Of a stretch of 64,000 bases of DNA, positions 37,263-46,253 are shown one piece after another (position 1 is the stretch's first letter; every line of letters begins with the position of its first letter). Both the position numbers and the translations under genes were made by a program. The notes below the pieces were generated by a model. It saw only the letters and a list, made by a program, of their open reading frames with translations, had not been told where the DNA came from and searched no databases. This stretch comes from Candidatus Hadarchaeota archaeon (GTDB lineage: Archaea > Hadarchaeota > Hadarchaeia > Hadarchaeales > Hadarchaeaceae): the NCBI GenBank assembly GCA_964514945.1, contig CAZESD010000001.1, forward strand, positions 40,246-104,245. Direction: 5' to 3'.

Positions 37263-38053
37263 AGAAAAACACGCTTTTGGAGGTCAAAAATTTAACAAAG
37301 CTCTACACCTCAGGCTACATCCGGACAGCTGAAGTAATAGGCGCAAAAAATGTATCATTTAACATGAAAAAAGGTGAGATATTTTGCCTAGTGGGCGAAA
37401 GCGGTAGCGGCAAGACTACCGTGGGCAATATAATTTTGAGATTAATTAAACCAAGCAGCGGTAAAGTTCTTCTCAATGGCAAGGATGTTTTTTCATATGA
37501 TAAACGAGTTTACTGGAGAAAAGTACAGGCTGTCTTCCAGGACCCCTACTCGTCATTTAACTTCTTTTATAATGTCGATAAACCTCTAAACGACGCATTT
37601 GACCTCCTCGATAATTCTCCTTCCAAGGATGAAAGAAAGAAGATCATCAGGTCTACTCTAGAAACGATTGGGATGAATCCAGATGAAATTCTAGGGAGAT
37701 ATCCCCATCAATTGAGCGGAGGACAGATGCAGCGAATCCTAATCGCGAGAGCTCTGATCACCGGTTCTGATTTGTTGGTGGCCGACGAGTTGACAAGCAT
37801 GATAGACGCGTCGACCCGTGTCGCGGTCCTGAACGAACTCTTACGATTGAAGAAAAACGAGAAAATGTCGGTATTGTTCATAACGCACGATCTGGCGCAG
37901 GCATATTTCATCGGCGATAGGATAGCGATAATGAGGAAAGGAGAGATAGTTGAGAGGGGCCCGGTCAAAAAGGTCATCTTCAATCCAAAACATCCGTACA
38001 CAAAGGAGCTAGTTGCGAGCGTGCCGCCACTCCATGAAAAATGGGAGTTGTAA
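37259..38053 (+). CDS. ABC transporter ATP-binding protein (DppF/OppF-like)
   Basis: ATG 37259 (ATGA overlap with the upstream stop) inside ORF 37229..38053. 'GESGSGKTT', 'LSGGQMQR', 'LLVADELTSMID', 'HPYTKEL'. Confidence 0.9.
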   Translation: MKKNTLLEVKNLTKLYTSGYIRTAEVIGAKNVSFNMKKGEIFCLVGESGSGKTTVGNIILRLIKPSSGKVLLNGKDVFSYDKRVYWRKVQAVFQDPYSSFNFFYNVDKPLNDAFDLLDNSPSKDERKKIIRSTLETIGMNPDEILGRYPHQLSGGQMQRILIARALITGSDLLVADELTSMIDASTRVAVLNELLRLKKNEKMSVLFITHDLAQAYFIGDRIAIMRKGEIVERGPVKKVIFNPKHPYTKELVASVPPLHEKWEL

Positions 38054-38099
38054 GATGGAAAGCAACTTCTTTATCTGTTTTTTTAATACTTCAAGAGAG

Positions 38100-39461
38100 T
38101 TAAAGGCTAGAGGAAGACTTTTTAGAGAAGAAGAATTCATAGGCATTGTCTCTCAGCAATTTTTGGGCTAGATGAACGGCTTGTTTTTCAGTAAGAGAAC
38201 CTTCTTCAACTTTTTCCGTAAGTACTCTTGAAATGTTTTCCCTGGCAATCACAGAATGGCCGTAGACACCTTCTGCATGGATGTAGTCCCCCCCGAAACC
38301 GAAGATTTTATTCCAAGGAACCGTGTCCAACCATTCGGCTAAGGCTTGCCTTGCTCTATAGGGGGAGATTATGTGGAGCCAGCACATATCGATGTAGACA
38401 TTTTGGAAGGTCTTAGCTAGGACAGTTAACTCACCCGTATAGGGGTATGACCCGTGAAATATGTCGAATCTGACTTTTTGATATTCTCTGAAGAGGTTGG
38501 TTAGGAGGGTTGGGTTGGAGTTGGTGATTATGTTCTCGTTTCCTTCTTGAATTCCCGTATGGATCTGTATGGGAAGGCTCTTCTTCTCCGCTAATTGGAT
38601 TATTTTGTGCACCATAAAATCCTGTAATGGCTTGGTTTCTTTCAGAGAGAGCCCCTCAGGCACTTCTTTACTATTTATAGTGATCGGTTTTTCCACTTTG
38701 AAAAATTCTTGGTTAAATATGTTGGCGAAGACCTCTTCAGCCTCTCTTTGAGAGATTTTGTCAAAACGGAGTTTTCTCATATAGGCTAGACCTATTTTGA
38801 CGCCGGCTATCATCTTTGATGCTTTGTTAAACTCAAGTTCTAGGGCTTGGATGAAATCGGAAAATGAATGAATGGGTTTACCACACCGCTTTCCTAAAGT
38901 CTCGAAGTCCATCCTCTCTTTAGCCATAACGAAGTCGTCGAACCTCGCAACTGGGGCGAAAAACCTTCTATCAACATCCTCTAAGGGGGCGGATAGGCTA
39001 TCTAAAATGGATATATCAATTCCAGACTTATCTTTTAGTATCCACTGGTAAAGTCCCAACTTGTTCGCTTCCTCCATCCGCGATGCGAGTTTCTTGTAGG
39101 TATCTTTGCTGATTCCGTCTACGCCGTAAAGATCCCTTACGGCTATGTTTATGGCTCTCGTATAACCCGTATTTTGAATCATCTCCCCAAAAGGTTTGAA
39201 TATTTTCCATCTCTCTTCTAGGGAAAGTCTTGGGTCTCGAACCTTCTCTAGTTCTTCCAGCGACATTCCTGAAGAAACAAGATCGGATGAAGTATATTGT
39301 GCAAGTAATATTTCAAACAGATCGGGTTTTTTAGCTATTCGCTCCTTCTCCTGTAAGAGGTGTTCATGGGTGTCGACGATTCGAACCTTATCAACAGCCT
39401 CTTTAATAGTTCGGTAAAGCGCAGGAGTACTTTTTATAAAATCACCAAACCCCATATACAT
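38100..39461 (-). CDS. Amidohydrolase-superfamily TIM-barrel metalloenzyme (uronate-isomerase-like architecture; function unknown)
   Basis: 453 aa. N-terminal metal motif 'IVDTHEHL', later 'IQIHTG' and 'GFGGDY'. About the same length as uronate-isomerase-like members. Confidence 0.55.
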   Translation of the reverse strand: MYMGFGDFIKSTPALYRTIKEAVDKVRIVDTHEHLLQEKERIAKKPDLFEILLAQYTSSDLVSSGMSLEELEKVRDPRLSLEERWKIFKPFGEMIQNTGYTRAINIAVRDLYGVDGISKDTYKKLASRMEEANKLGLYQWILKDKSGIDISILDSLSAPLEDVDRRFFAPVARFDDFVMAKERMDFETLGKRCGKPIHSFSDFIQALELEFNKASKMIAGVKIGLAYMRKLRFDKISQREAEEVFANIFNQEFFKVEKPITINSKEVPEGLSLKETKPLQDFMVHKIIQLAEKKSLPIQIHTGIQEGNENIITNSNPTLLTNLFREYQKVRFDIFHGSYPYTGELTVLAKTFQNVYIDMCWLHIISPYRARQALAEWLDTVPWNKIFGFGGDYIHAEGVYGHSVIARENISRVLTEKVEEGSLTEKQAVHLAQKLLRDNAYEFFFSKKSSSSL

Positions 39462-39546
39462 AAGGAAAGGTTATAAAATTGAGAGTTTGTCCTAAAATTA
39501 CCACCTTCTTTTTTGATTCTAACGAGTGCTGCATCTATCCCGCCCC

Positions 39547-40710
39547 CTAGCCAATGATTGAGGAAGCAATGATGTTATGGAATAGCGGTCTGATTCGAAG
39601 GATCGCTTCGTTCTCCCTCGTAGGGTGAACCCTATTCGTCATAAGGACCGTGATAAGCTTGTTTACTGGGTCGGCCCACAGAGAAACTCCAGGGAAACCA
39701 GTATGCCCGAAAGTCAAGGGGGACAACAATTCGCCAGCTTGGGATCCTTTCTCCGCCTTGACACCCCACCCTAAACCCCTAGGTTCCTCCAGCCCTACCG
39801 TGTGATTCTTGGTCATCAAATCAACAGTTGAGGGGCTGAGAATTCTGTTGTGCCCATACGCCCCCATATTGAGAAATGTTTGGCCAAATATGGCGAGGTC
39901 TTGGGCGGTAGAGAAAAGTCCAGCATTGCCACTTACTCCCCCCATGCCGAAAGCGTTTTCGTCGTGGACCTCCCCTACGAGAATGCGCCCCCGCCAGCTA
40001 CATCTCTCGGTCGCCGCGATTCTATCCCTCAACTTTGCCGGAGGAGTGAAGAGGGTATCCTTCATCCCCAAGGGTGAGAAGATTTCTCTTCTGGAAAAGG
40101 ATGCTAGGCTCTCACCTGCAACTTTCTCTATGATGAACGCCAATAAGATAAACCCTAAGCAACTGTAACTAACCTTACTGCCGGGAGGACATTCCAGTTC
40201 CACATGACATATTTCTCTTAGAAAATCTTCCCTAGTTTTGCACCGCTTATATAGCTGAATTGGATCAGGGATACCGGCTGTGTGTGTTAACAAATTGTGT
40301 AATGTGGTTTTTTCCTTTCCCCCTCCAGTGTACTCTGGAATATAGAGGTTTACGGGGTCGTCCAGCAAAACCTTTCCTTTTTCAAGTAGAATCATCAAGG
40401 ATGTTGCTGTAGCCACCGGTTTGGTCACCGATCCGATATCGAAAATGGTATCTAATTTCATAGGTTTAGAGAGTTCCGAGGGTATAGATACCGCCTCCCC
40501 GCAAGCTTCGTGTGCCACTACCGTGCCGTTACGTGCTACCAAAAACACAGCCCCGGGAAAAGCTTTTTCAGAAATGGCATTCTTGATGAATTCACTTGCT
40601 CTCCTAAGGCGGCTGGGATCCATCTCCACGTCTTCTGGATTACCATGCCTCAGAACACATTCGACAGACATTCTAGATTTTTTGGCCTCAGATTCAACAT
40701 CGCCGCCCAA
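39547..40710 (-). CDS. Beta-lactamase-family serine hydrolase (PBP/esterase/D-aminopeptidase-like)
   Basis: Catalytic 'IGSVTKPVA' (SxxK), 'SYSCLGF' (YxN-like) and 'FGHTGFPG' (HxG). Start placed at TTG 40710 after GAGGTGAT; the internal ATG ('MSVECVL') is an alternative. Confidence 0.8.
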   Translation of the reverse strand: MGGDVESEAKKSRMSVECVLRHGNPEDVEMDPSRLRRASEFIKNAISEKAFPGAVFLVARNGTVVAHEACGEAVSIPSELSKPMKLDTIFDIGSVTKPVATATSLMILLEKGKVLLDDPVNLYIPEYTGGGKEKTTLHNLLTHTAGIPDPIQLYKRCKTREDFLREICHVELECPPGSKVSYSCLGFILLAFIIEKVAGESLASFSRREIFSPLGMKDTLFTPPAKLRDRIAATERCSWRGRILVGEVHDENAFGMGGVSGNAGLFSTAQDLAIFGQTFLNMGAYGHNRILSPSTVDLMTKNHTVGLEEPRGLGWGVKAEKGSQAGELLSPLTFGHTGFPGVSLWADPVNKLITVLMTNRVHPTRENEAILRIRPLFHNIIASSIIG

Positions 40711-40800
40711 AGATATCACCTCGTTAAACCAAGTGCTAAACACCCTCTAATGAAATTTAAAGTTTTTCAATTCTCCAAACTAAGTAATCTAGTTGAGTAT
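40576..40800 (-). repeat. Promoter/SD-leader cassette, copy C (diverged promoter, near-identical 5' coding block to copy B)
   Basis: SD/start block 'GGTTTAACGAGGTGATATCTTTGGGCGGCGAT'. Weaker similarity to A/B further upstream ('GAAATTTAAAG', 'TAATCTAGTTGAG', 'GTGAAATA'). Confidence 0.55.
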
Positions 40801-40877
40801 TAAGAGTCTTCGCTACGTGAAATAAGCAAACTTAAATTTAGCGACTTTGAAGATTTGAAAGGAGAAAGGATGGGATA

Positions 40878-41888
40878 ATGGAACAAATAAAATTCGGTTT
40901 GGTCGTCCCCCAAGGCTGGAGGTTGGATTTGTCCGAAGATTTTTCGCCCAATGATCAATTTGAATCTATCGTCCGAACGGCAAGAAATGCTGAACACCAG
41001 GGATATGATTCGATATGGCTTTACGATCACTTCCACACGATGCCGAAGATTGAGAATCGATCGGTTTTTGAATGCTGGATGACTCTCACGGCCCTAGCAG
41101 CAGAAACGGATAAGGCGAAGCTGGGCCAAATCGTGACTTGCAATTCCTACCGGAACCCGTCCTTGCTTGCAAAACAGGCTTCGGTACTAGACGTCATTTC
41201 GGGAGGTAGGCTGATTTTTGGAATAGGTGCCGGGTGGTACGAGCACGAGTATCTCGGCTACGGCTACGATTTCCCAAGAGCGGCCAAAAGAATAGGTATG
41301 CTCGATGAGGCGGTCGAGATAATCAAACGAATGTGGACCGAGCCCGTGGTCGATTTCGAAGGGAAGTATTACAAGCTTCACGGAGCGATAAACTACCCCA
41401 AGCCAGTTCAAAAGCCGAGGCCCCCCATCCTGATCGGGGGAGGCGGGGAAAAGCTGACCCTACGTGTGGTGGCAAAGCATGCAGATATCTACAACCTTGG
41501 GGGAGGAACGCCGGATGACTTCGAAAGAAAAGCCCACATATTACGAGAACATTGTGCCCGTGTTAAAAGGGACCCGAACGAAATCGAGCTGAGCCTCCAT
41601 ACGGAAGTGATAATAGGAGAAACTGAAGCGGAAGTTCAGCAACTAGTGCAGGAACTCATCGAGGAGGGGTTGAATAAAAGTTATCGAGGGAAGGGAGTTT
41701 GGGAACCCACATCCAAGGAGCAATTCCTCCGGGGTAGTATCGTAGGGACGCCTGAGCAATGCGCCGAGCAGCTCAAAAAATTCGTGGAGCTCGGGGCAAC
41801 CTATTTCATCTTATACTTCGACAAAATCCTTGAGCGAGAAACTCACAAGCTTTTCGCGAAAGAAGTTATCCCGCTCATCAAATCATGA
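40878..41888 (+). CDS. Luciferase-like monooxygenase (LLM) class, probably F420-dependent oxidoreductase
   Basis: 336 aa. 'IKFGLVVPQGW', 'YDSIWLYDHF', 'LIFGIGAGWYEHEY', 'PPILIGGGGEKLTLRVVAKHADIYN' match the TIGR03560-like F420-dependent LLM pattern as I recall it. Confidence 0.75.
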   Translation: MEQIKFGLVVPQGWRLDLSEDFSPNDQFESIVRTARNAEHQGYDSIWLYDHFHTMPKIENRSVFECWMTLTALAAETDKAKLGQIVTCNSYRNPSLLAKQASVLDVISGGRLIFGIGAGWYEHEYLGYGYDFPRAAKRIGMLDEAVEIIKRMWTEPVVDFEGKYYKLHGAINYPKPVQKPRPPILIGGGGEKLTLRVVAKHADIYNLGGGTPDDFERKAHILREHCARVKRDPNEIELSLHTEVIIGETEAEVQQLVQELIEEGLNKSYRGKGVWEPTSKEQFLRGSIVGTPEQCAEQLKKFVELGATYFILYFDKILERETHKLFAKEVIPLIKS

Positions 41889-41955
41889 ACTCAGTTCTTT
41901 AGTGCTTTGAGCTGCATGTGGATAGGCCTGAATCTGGGGGTCAAAAAAAGAAAAG

Positions 41956-42645
41956 TTACAATCCCTGTCTCATGTTGTCTATCTCTTCCCAAGTTATGCT
42001 GTCCTCTCCTTGGCCTACCCAATCTGTTATAATGTAAGTCGTGCCTTTCAAGCCGCGATTCTTGAAGATCGGATACGCGTTAGTATAGATGGATTTATAG
42101 ACGCCGTCGAAAGTAACCACTACCGTCGCTTTGCCTTCTGTGGCAGTATTCCAATAGTCGTATGCCTCCTTCATCGTCATAACCGTTAGTTGACCAGCAT
42201 TTTGTTTTTGAACGAGGTAGTCTGCTAATTGTGTAAGTATTGCAGGCTTTGCGCCATACTTGGGGGCGGGGTCAATCACCCTGTGAGTGAATATAGTTAG
42301 CAACGCATTACTCGCTATGCATTGATCCACCCATCTTTTGATAGTCCTCCAACTTGTGTACCCTCTTATCTCTGCACACTTCAATTCAAACCAGTCTGGT
42401 ACAGGATAAGTCTCCATGTTACCCAATACTATTCTGCCACTTTTTCGATATTCTGCAACTATTGATTTGACTGTGGCGTTATACTTTCCGTAAGGGTATG
42501 CATGGTGTTCTGGTATGGGCAAACCCATTGCTTGGAAGGAAGAGTTTACCTTCTCCAGTTCCGCGCGAATTTCAGCATCGGTCAATTTAGGAAGGCGCGG
42601 GTGGGTGGAAGTGTGGCACTGGAAGTCCCATCCTAGTCCGAACAA
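41956..42645 (-). CDS. CE4/NodB-type polysaccharide deacetylase with permuted motif order
   Basis: 229 aa, TTG start after AGGGGAG, T-run after the stop. 'HTSTH' (aa 11-15), 'AYPYG' (49-53), 'VPDW' (82-85) and 'LLTIFTH' (115-121) are followed by 'VVVTFDG' (175-181). The last belongs at the N-terminus in canonical CE4. Confidence 0.65.
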   Translation of the reverse strand: MFGLGWDFQCHTSTHPRLPKLTDAEIRAELEKVNSSFQAMGLPIPEHHAYPYGKYNATVKSIVAEYRKSGRIVLGNMETYPVPDWFELKCAEIRGYTSWRTIKRWVDQCIASNALLTIFTHRVIDPAPKYGAKPAILTQLADYLVQKQNAGQLTVMTMKEAYDYWNTATEGKATVVVTFDGVYKSIYTNAYPIFKNRGLKGTTYIITDWVGQGEDSITWEEIDNMRQGL

Positions 42646-42800
42646 CTTTTTCAGCTCCCCTTTAAATTATTCATTAAGTATCCGCACTCATAAATTTAAA
42701 TTTTGTTATTTTTTACTATTTTTAAATTAAATGACCTAGAACGGCGCTTTTGTTTCCGTAAAAGTTTAATTAACGTCAAACTTGATTACAATGGGATTCT

Positions 42801-43829
42801 ATGAAGTCTAGAAGAACGGCGCCTCACAAGGATACGAAGCCAGCGAGCGAATCGTATGCGATAGGAGTTGATGTCGGTGGCACAAAAATTGCTTCAGCAC
42901 TGATGAGCTCAAAGGGCAAAATTGTTTTCCGCATCGAGGAGCCTACCACTACGGAAGATACAATAGACGCGGTGTTGTTCCAAATAGCAAAGTTAATCAA
43001 AAAAGTAATGGATCGATCAAGAGCAAGTGGGTTAAAAATCAAGGGGATCGGCATCGCATGTGCAACACTTGTGGAAAAATATGACGACAAAATTAGATGG
43101 TCATCGAACATTCCACAAATACAAGGCTCGACCCTGAAGAACTTTCTACGAAAAAATCTCGGTACTTCGCTCCCGATATTTGCGGTACACGACCACGTTA
43201 CACCGGTGCTTGGCGAACAATGGGTAGGTGCCGCCCGCGGGGCGAAAAATGCGATTTACATCATTCTGGGGACGGGCATAGGAAGCAGTATACTTATCGA
43301 CGAAAAACCGTACGACGGAGTTGGGCTTGCGGGTTCAATAGGATGGATGTTGCTTGGGCCCAACTTCATGGATAAAATTTACGATGAGGGCTGTTTTGAG
43401 AGCCTCTGTTCCGGCACGGGCATCGCTAGGAGAACCATTGAAGAAATACGCAAAGGGTCCAAGACGATGTTGATGGATATGGTGAATAATAAGATCGATG
43501 CCATAACCTCTAAATTGGTATTTGAGGCCGCAAGGAAGGGTGACTCGCTTGCCCTGAAAATTGTACGAGAAACCGCGACATATGTGGGCATTGTTGTGTC
43601 AAACCTCATCAGCACCCTAGCCCCGGAAGTGGTCATCATTGGAGGCGGAGTGGGGCAGTCCGCTGACCTGTTGATGAACCGCATAAAAAAAATCGTGGGG
43701 CTTTATTCACAGCCTTACTTGGCCAAAAAAGTTAAAGATAAAAAAATCAGGATAGTGCCCTCGTCGCTGGGGCCCGACGCCTCATTGTATGGGGCAGCAA
43801 AACTGGTATTTATATATGCGCATGGTTAG
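42801..43829 (+). CDS. ROK-family sugar kinase (glucokinase / N-acetylhexosamine kinase type)
   Basis: 342 aa. 'IGVDVGGTKIASALM', 'LGTGIGSSILI', and 'GGGVGQS' near the C-terminus. Confidence 0.85.
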   Translation: MKSRRTAPHKDTKPASESYAIGVDVGGTKIASALMSSKGKIVFRIEEPTTTEDTIDAVLFQIAKLIKKVMDRSRASGLKIKGIGIACATLVEKYDDKIRWSSNIPQIQGSTLKNFLRKNLGTSLPIFAVHDHVTPVLGEQWVGAARGAKNAIYIILGTGIGSSILIDEKPYDGVGLAGSIGWMLLGPNFMDKIYDEGCFESLCSGTGIARRTIEEIRKGSKTMLMDMVNNKIDAITSKLVFEAARKGDSLALKIVRETATYVGIVVSNLISTLAPEVVIIGGGVGQSADLLMNRIKKIVGLYSQPYLAKKVKDKKIRIVPSSLGPDASLYGAAKLVFIYAHG

Positions 43830-43887
43830 ATACTTTATTCCGAAATGGCGTGAGCGTTCTTTAATCTATTGACCAAAAATGCATCTC

Positions 43888-45255
43888 TTATTTAATAGGG
43901 TTTAGAATATTATTCGGATCAAAGAGCTTCTTTATCCCTTCCATCAACTGTATTTCCTTTTCAGATAAGCAAAGATTAAGATCTTCGATTCTGATTTTTC
44001 CTATCCCATGCTCACCTGTTATAATTCCCCCCAAATCGATGGCTGTTTTATAAATTTCCTTTTTCAACTTTTTGACGTAATCTAGATCCTTTCCTTTTTC
44101 TATCATTATATGCGAATGTAAATTACCATCCGCTGCATGTCCATACGTCGGGATATATGCATTAACTTTCTCAGCAATTTTTTCTATCGCGTCCATAAGT
44201 TTTCCCATATTGGCGGGTGGCACCGTCACATCTAGGATATCGGCAACTTCGGGCTTTAAGGCGGTGTAAATGTTACTCCTTATGTCCAGAATTCTATCCT
44301 GTTCTTCTCTTGACTCGGCGATCAAGGGCTCGAGGGAGTTGTTCTCTTGGCATGTCGCTGATATTTTCTCACTTTCTGAATATACTTCATCTATTCCGGC
44401 ACCCGCCACTATTACTATAAGAAAAGCATTTCCCTTTTCACATGGCCATTTTTTGCCCAGATGTTTAGCCGATTTTTTTATCGTGTCCTTTTCCACATAC
44501 TCTATAGCTAAAGGAATTACCCCCCTCTGCAGGATTTTTGGAACGGTGTTTAACGCATCATACCGGTTATCATATGGCACAATTAGTGTTGCAGTAGCCC
44601 CAAATTTTGGATATAGCCGAAAAATTGTTTTAGTTACTACACCCAATGTTCCTTCGCTTCCGATTATCAAATGCATTAGGTTATACCCGGTATTATTTTT
44701 TAATAACTTTCCCCCTAAATTCACTATTTCACCTGTAGGAAGCACGACTTCAACGCCTTTTACGTAATTTCTTATAATCCCGTATTTCACTGCTCTTGCT
44801 CCACCAGCATTACATACCACGAGTCCCCCCACCTGAGCTCCTTCATCTCCAGGGTGCGGTGGGAAGAGCATGTCAGCTTCCTCTGATGCTTTTAATAATT
44901 TTTCAAGCGTTACCCCCGCCTCGACAACTGCCATCATGTTTTCCTTATCTATCTCAATTTTGTCTATTCTCTCGGTGGAGAGGATTATGCCATCTTTAGT
45001 AGGGATGGCCCCCCCTACAAGCCCAGTTCCTCCGCCCCTGGGAAAAACTGGGATCTTTTTCTCACTGGCGAGTTTCAGGATTTTGGATATCTCTTGAGCG
45101 TTTGCGGGTTTTACCAAAACAACCTCGGCAGCGGGTTGGGGTCTGACAGAGGCGGCGGTCTCATCTATCAAATAATCCTCCATCTGTTCTCTTTTAGTTA
45201 CAACCCACTTTTTCCCCACGATCTCCCGCAGGTCCTTTTCAATTTCTTTTATCAA
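43888..45255 (-). CDS. FAD-linked oxidase (GlcD / D-lactate dehydrogenase family; LctD-like)
   Basis: 455 aa. FAD_binding_4 'PVFPRGGGTGLVGGAIP', C-terminal 'GGIITGEHGIGKIR' and 'DPNNILNP'. Confidence 0.85.
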   Translation of the reverse strand: MIKEIEKDLREIVGKKWVVTKREQMEDYLIDETAASVRPQPAAEVVLVKPANAQEISKILKLASEKKIPVFPRGGGTGLVGGAIPTKDGIILSTERIDKIEIDKENMMAVVEAGVTLEKLLKASEEADMLFPPHPGDEGAQVGGLVVCNAGGARAVKYGIIRNYVKGVEVVLPTGEIVNLGGKLLKNNTGYNLMHLIIGSEGTLGVVTKTIFRLYPKFGATATLIVPYDNRYDALNTVPKILQRGVIPLAIEYVEKDTIKKSAKHLGKKWPCEKGNAFLIVIVAGAGIDEVYSESEKISATCQENNSLEPLIAESREEQDRILDIRSNIYTALKPEVADILDVTVPPANMGKLMDAIEKIAEKVNAYIPTYGHAADGNLHSHIMIEKGKDLDYVKKLKKEIYKTAIDLGGIITGEHGIGKIRIEDLNLCLSEKEIQLMEGIKKLFDPNNILNPIK

Positions 45256-46253
45256 CTCAACACCTTGTTTTTATTTTTTCTTATTTCATCAATCAGTTTA
45301 GGTACTACCTCGTACAAATCTCCGACTATGCCATAATCGGCCACTTTAAATATTGGAGCCGAGGGGTCTGTGTTTATTGCTACAATTATATCGGAATCCC
45401 TCATGCCAGCTAAGTGCTGAGGTGCGCCAGATATACCACATGCAACATAGAGCTTTGGTTTTACCGTGTTTCCGCTGAATCCAACTTGATGTTCCCTTCC
45501 TATCCACCCCTCATCCACCAAAGGTCTACTGGATCCAACGACTCCACCTAAAAAATCAGCCAGTTCACGCAGAATTTTGAAATCATCTGGTTTTTTTAAC
45601 CCTCTTCCACCCGAGACGATGATATCCGCTTCCGTTATGTTGACTTCTCCTGCTTTTTCTTTCTTTAAAATCTTCATTCCGCTATTCTCAATAAACTCCG
45701 CATCTTTCATTATTATTTCTCCTTTTCTGGTTGGATCCCTCTCCCTTTTCTTCATTACTTTATATCTAACCGTAGACATTTGAGGTCTTGTTTTGGTCTT
45801 TATGTAAGCGAGGATATTGCCGCTAAATGCGGGTCGAATCTGGATTAAATTCCCTTCTTCATCCACCTTTAAATCAATACAATCAGCCGTCAATCCTGTT
45901 TTTAACGCCACTGCTATCCTTGGCCCCAAGGACCTTCCGAGATGAGTCGCTCCGAGTAGAAATATCTCGGGCTTTTCTTCCTTCACCAAATTCACTATAT
46001 TCTGTTTATAACAAATCACGTCAAAATTTTTAAGAGATGGATGGTCGTGCAAAAATATTTTATCCGCCCCATGGTAAATCAGTTCATTAACTTCATTTTT
46101 CATTTGAAAGCCTAGTAAAACGCAGGAAAGCTCTACGCCCAACTTATCTGCAATATCTCTTCCTTTACCCAACAACTCGTATGAAACTGGATGGATTTTT
46201 CCATCTTCCTGCTCCGCAAAAACCATTACTCCTTTATATTCGCCCATTATCAT
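45252..46253 (-). CDS. etfA: Electron transfer flavoprotein alpha subunit (FixB/bifurcating-type)
   Basis: 333 aa. 'GLTADCIDL...IQIRPAFSGN', 'VSGGRGL', 'VGSSRPLVDEGW', 'QVGFSGNTVKPKLYVACGISGAPQH'. 4-nt overlap with the oxidase gene. Confidence 0.9.
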   Translation of the reverse strand: MIMGEYKGVMVFAEQEDGKIHPVSYELLGKGRDIADKLGVELSCVLLGFQMKNEVNELIYHGADKIFLHDHPSLKNFDVICYKQNIVNLVKEEKPEIFLLGATHLGRSLGPRIAVALKTGLTADCIDLKVDEEGNLIQIRPAFSGNILAYIKTKTRPQMSTVRYKVMKKRERDPTRKGEIIMKDAEFIENSGMKILKKEKAGEVNITEADIIVSGGRGLKKPDDFKILRELADFLGGVVGSSRPLVDEGWIGREHQVGFSGNTVKPKLYVACGISGAPQHLAGMRDSDIIVAINTDPSAPIFKVADYGIVGDLYEVVPKLIDEIRKNKNKVLS

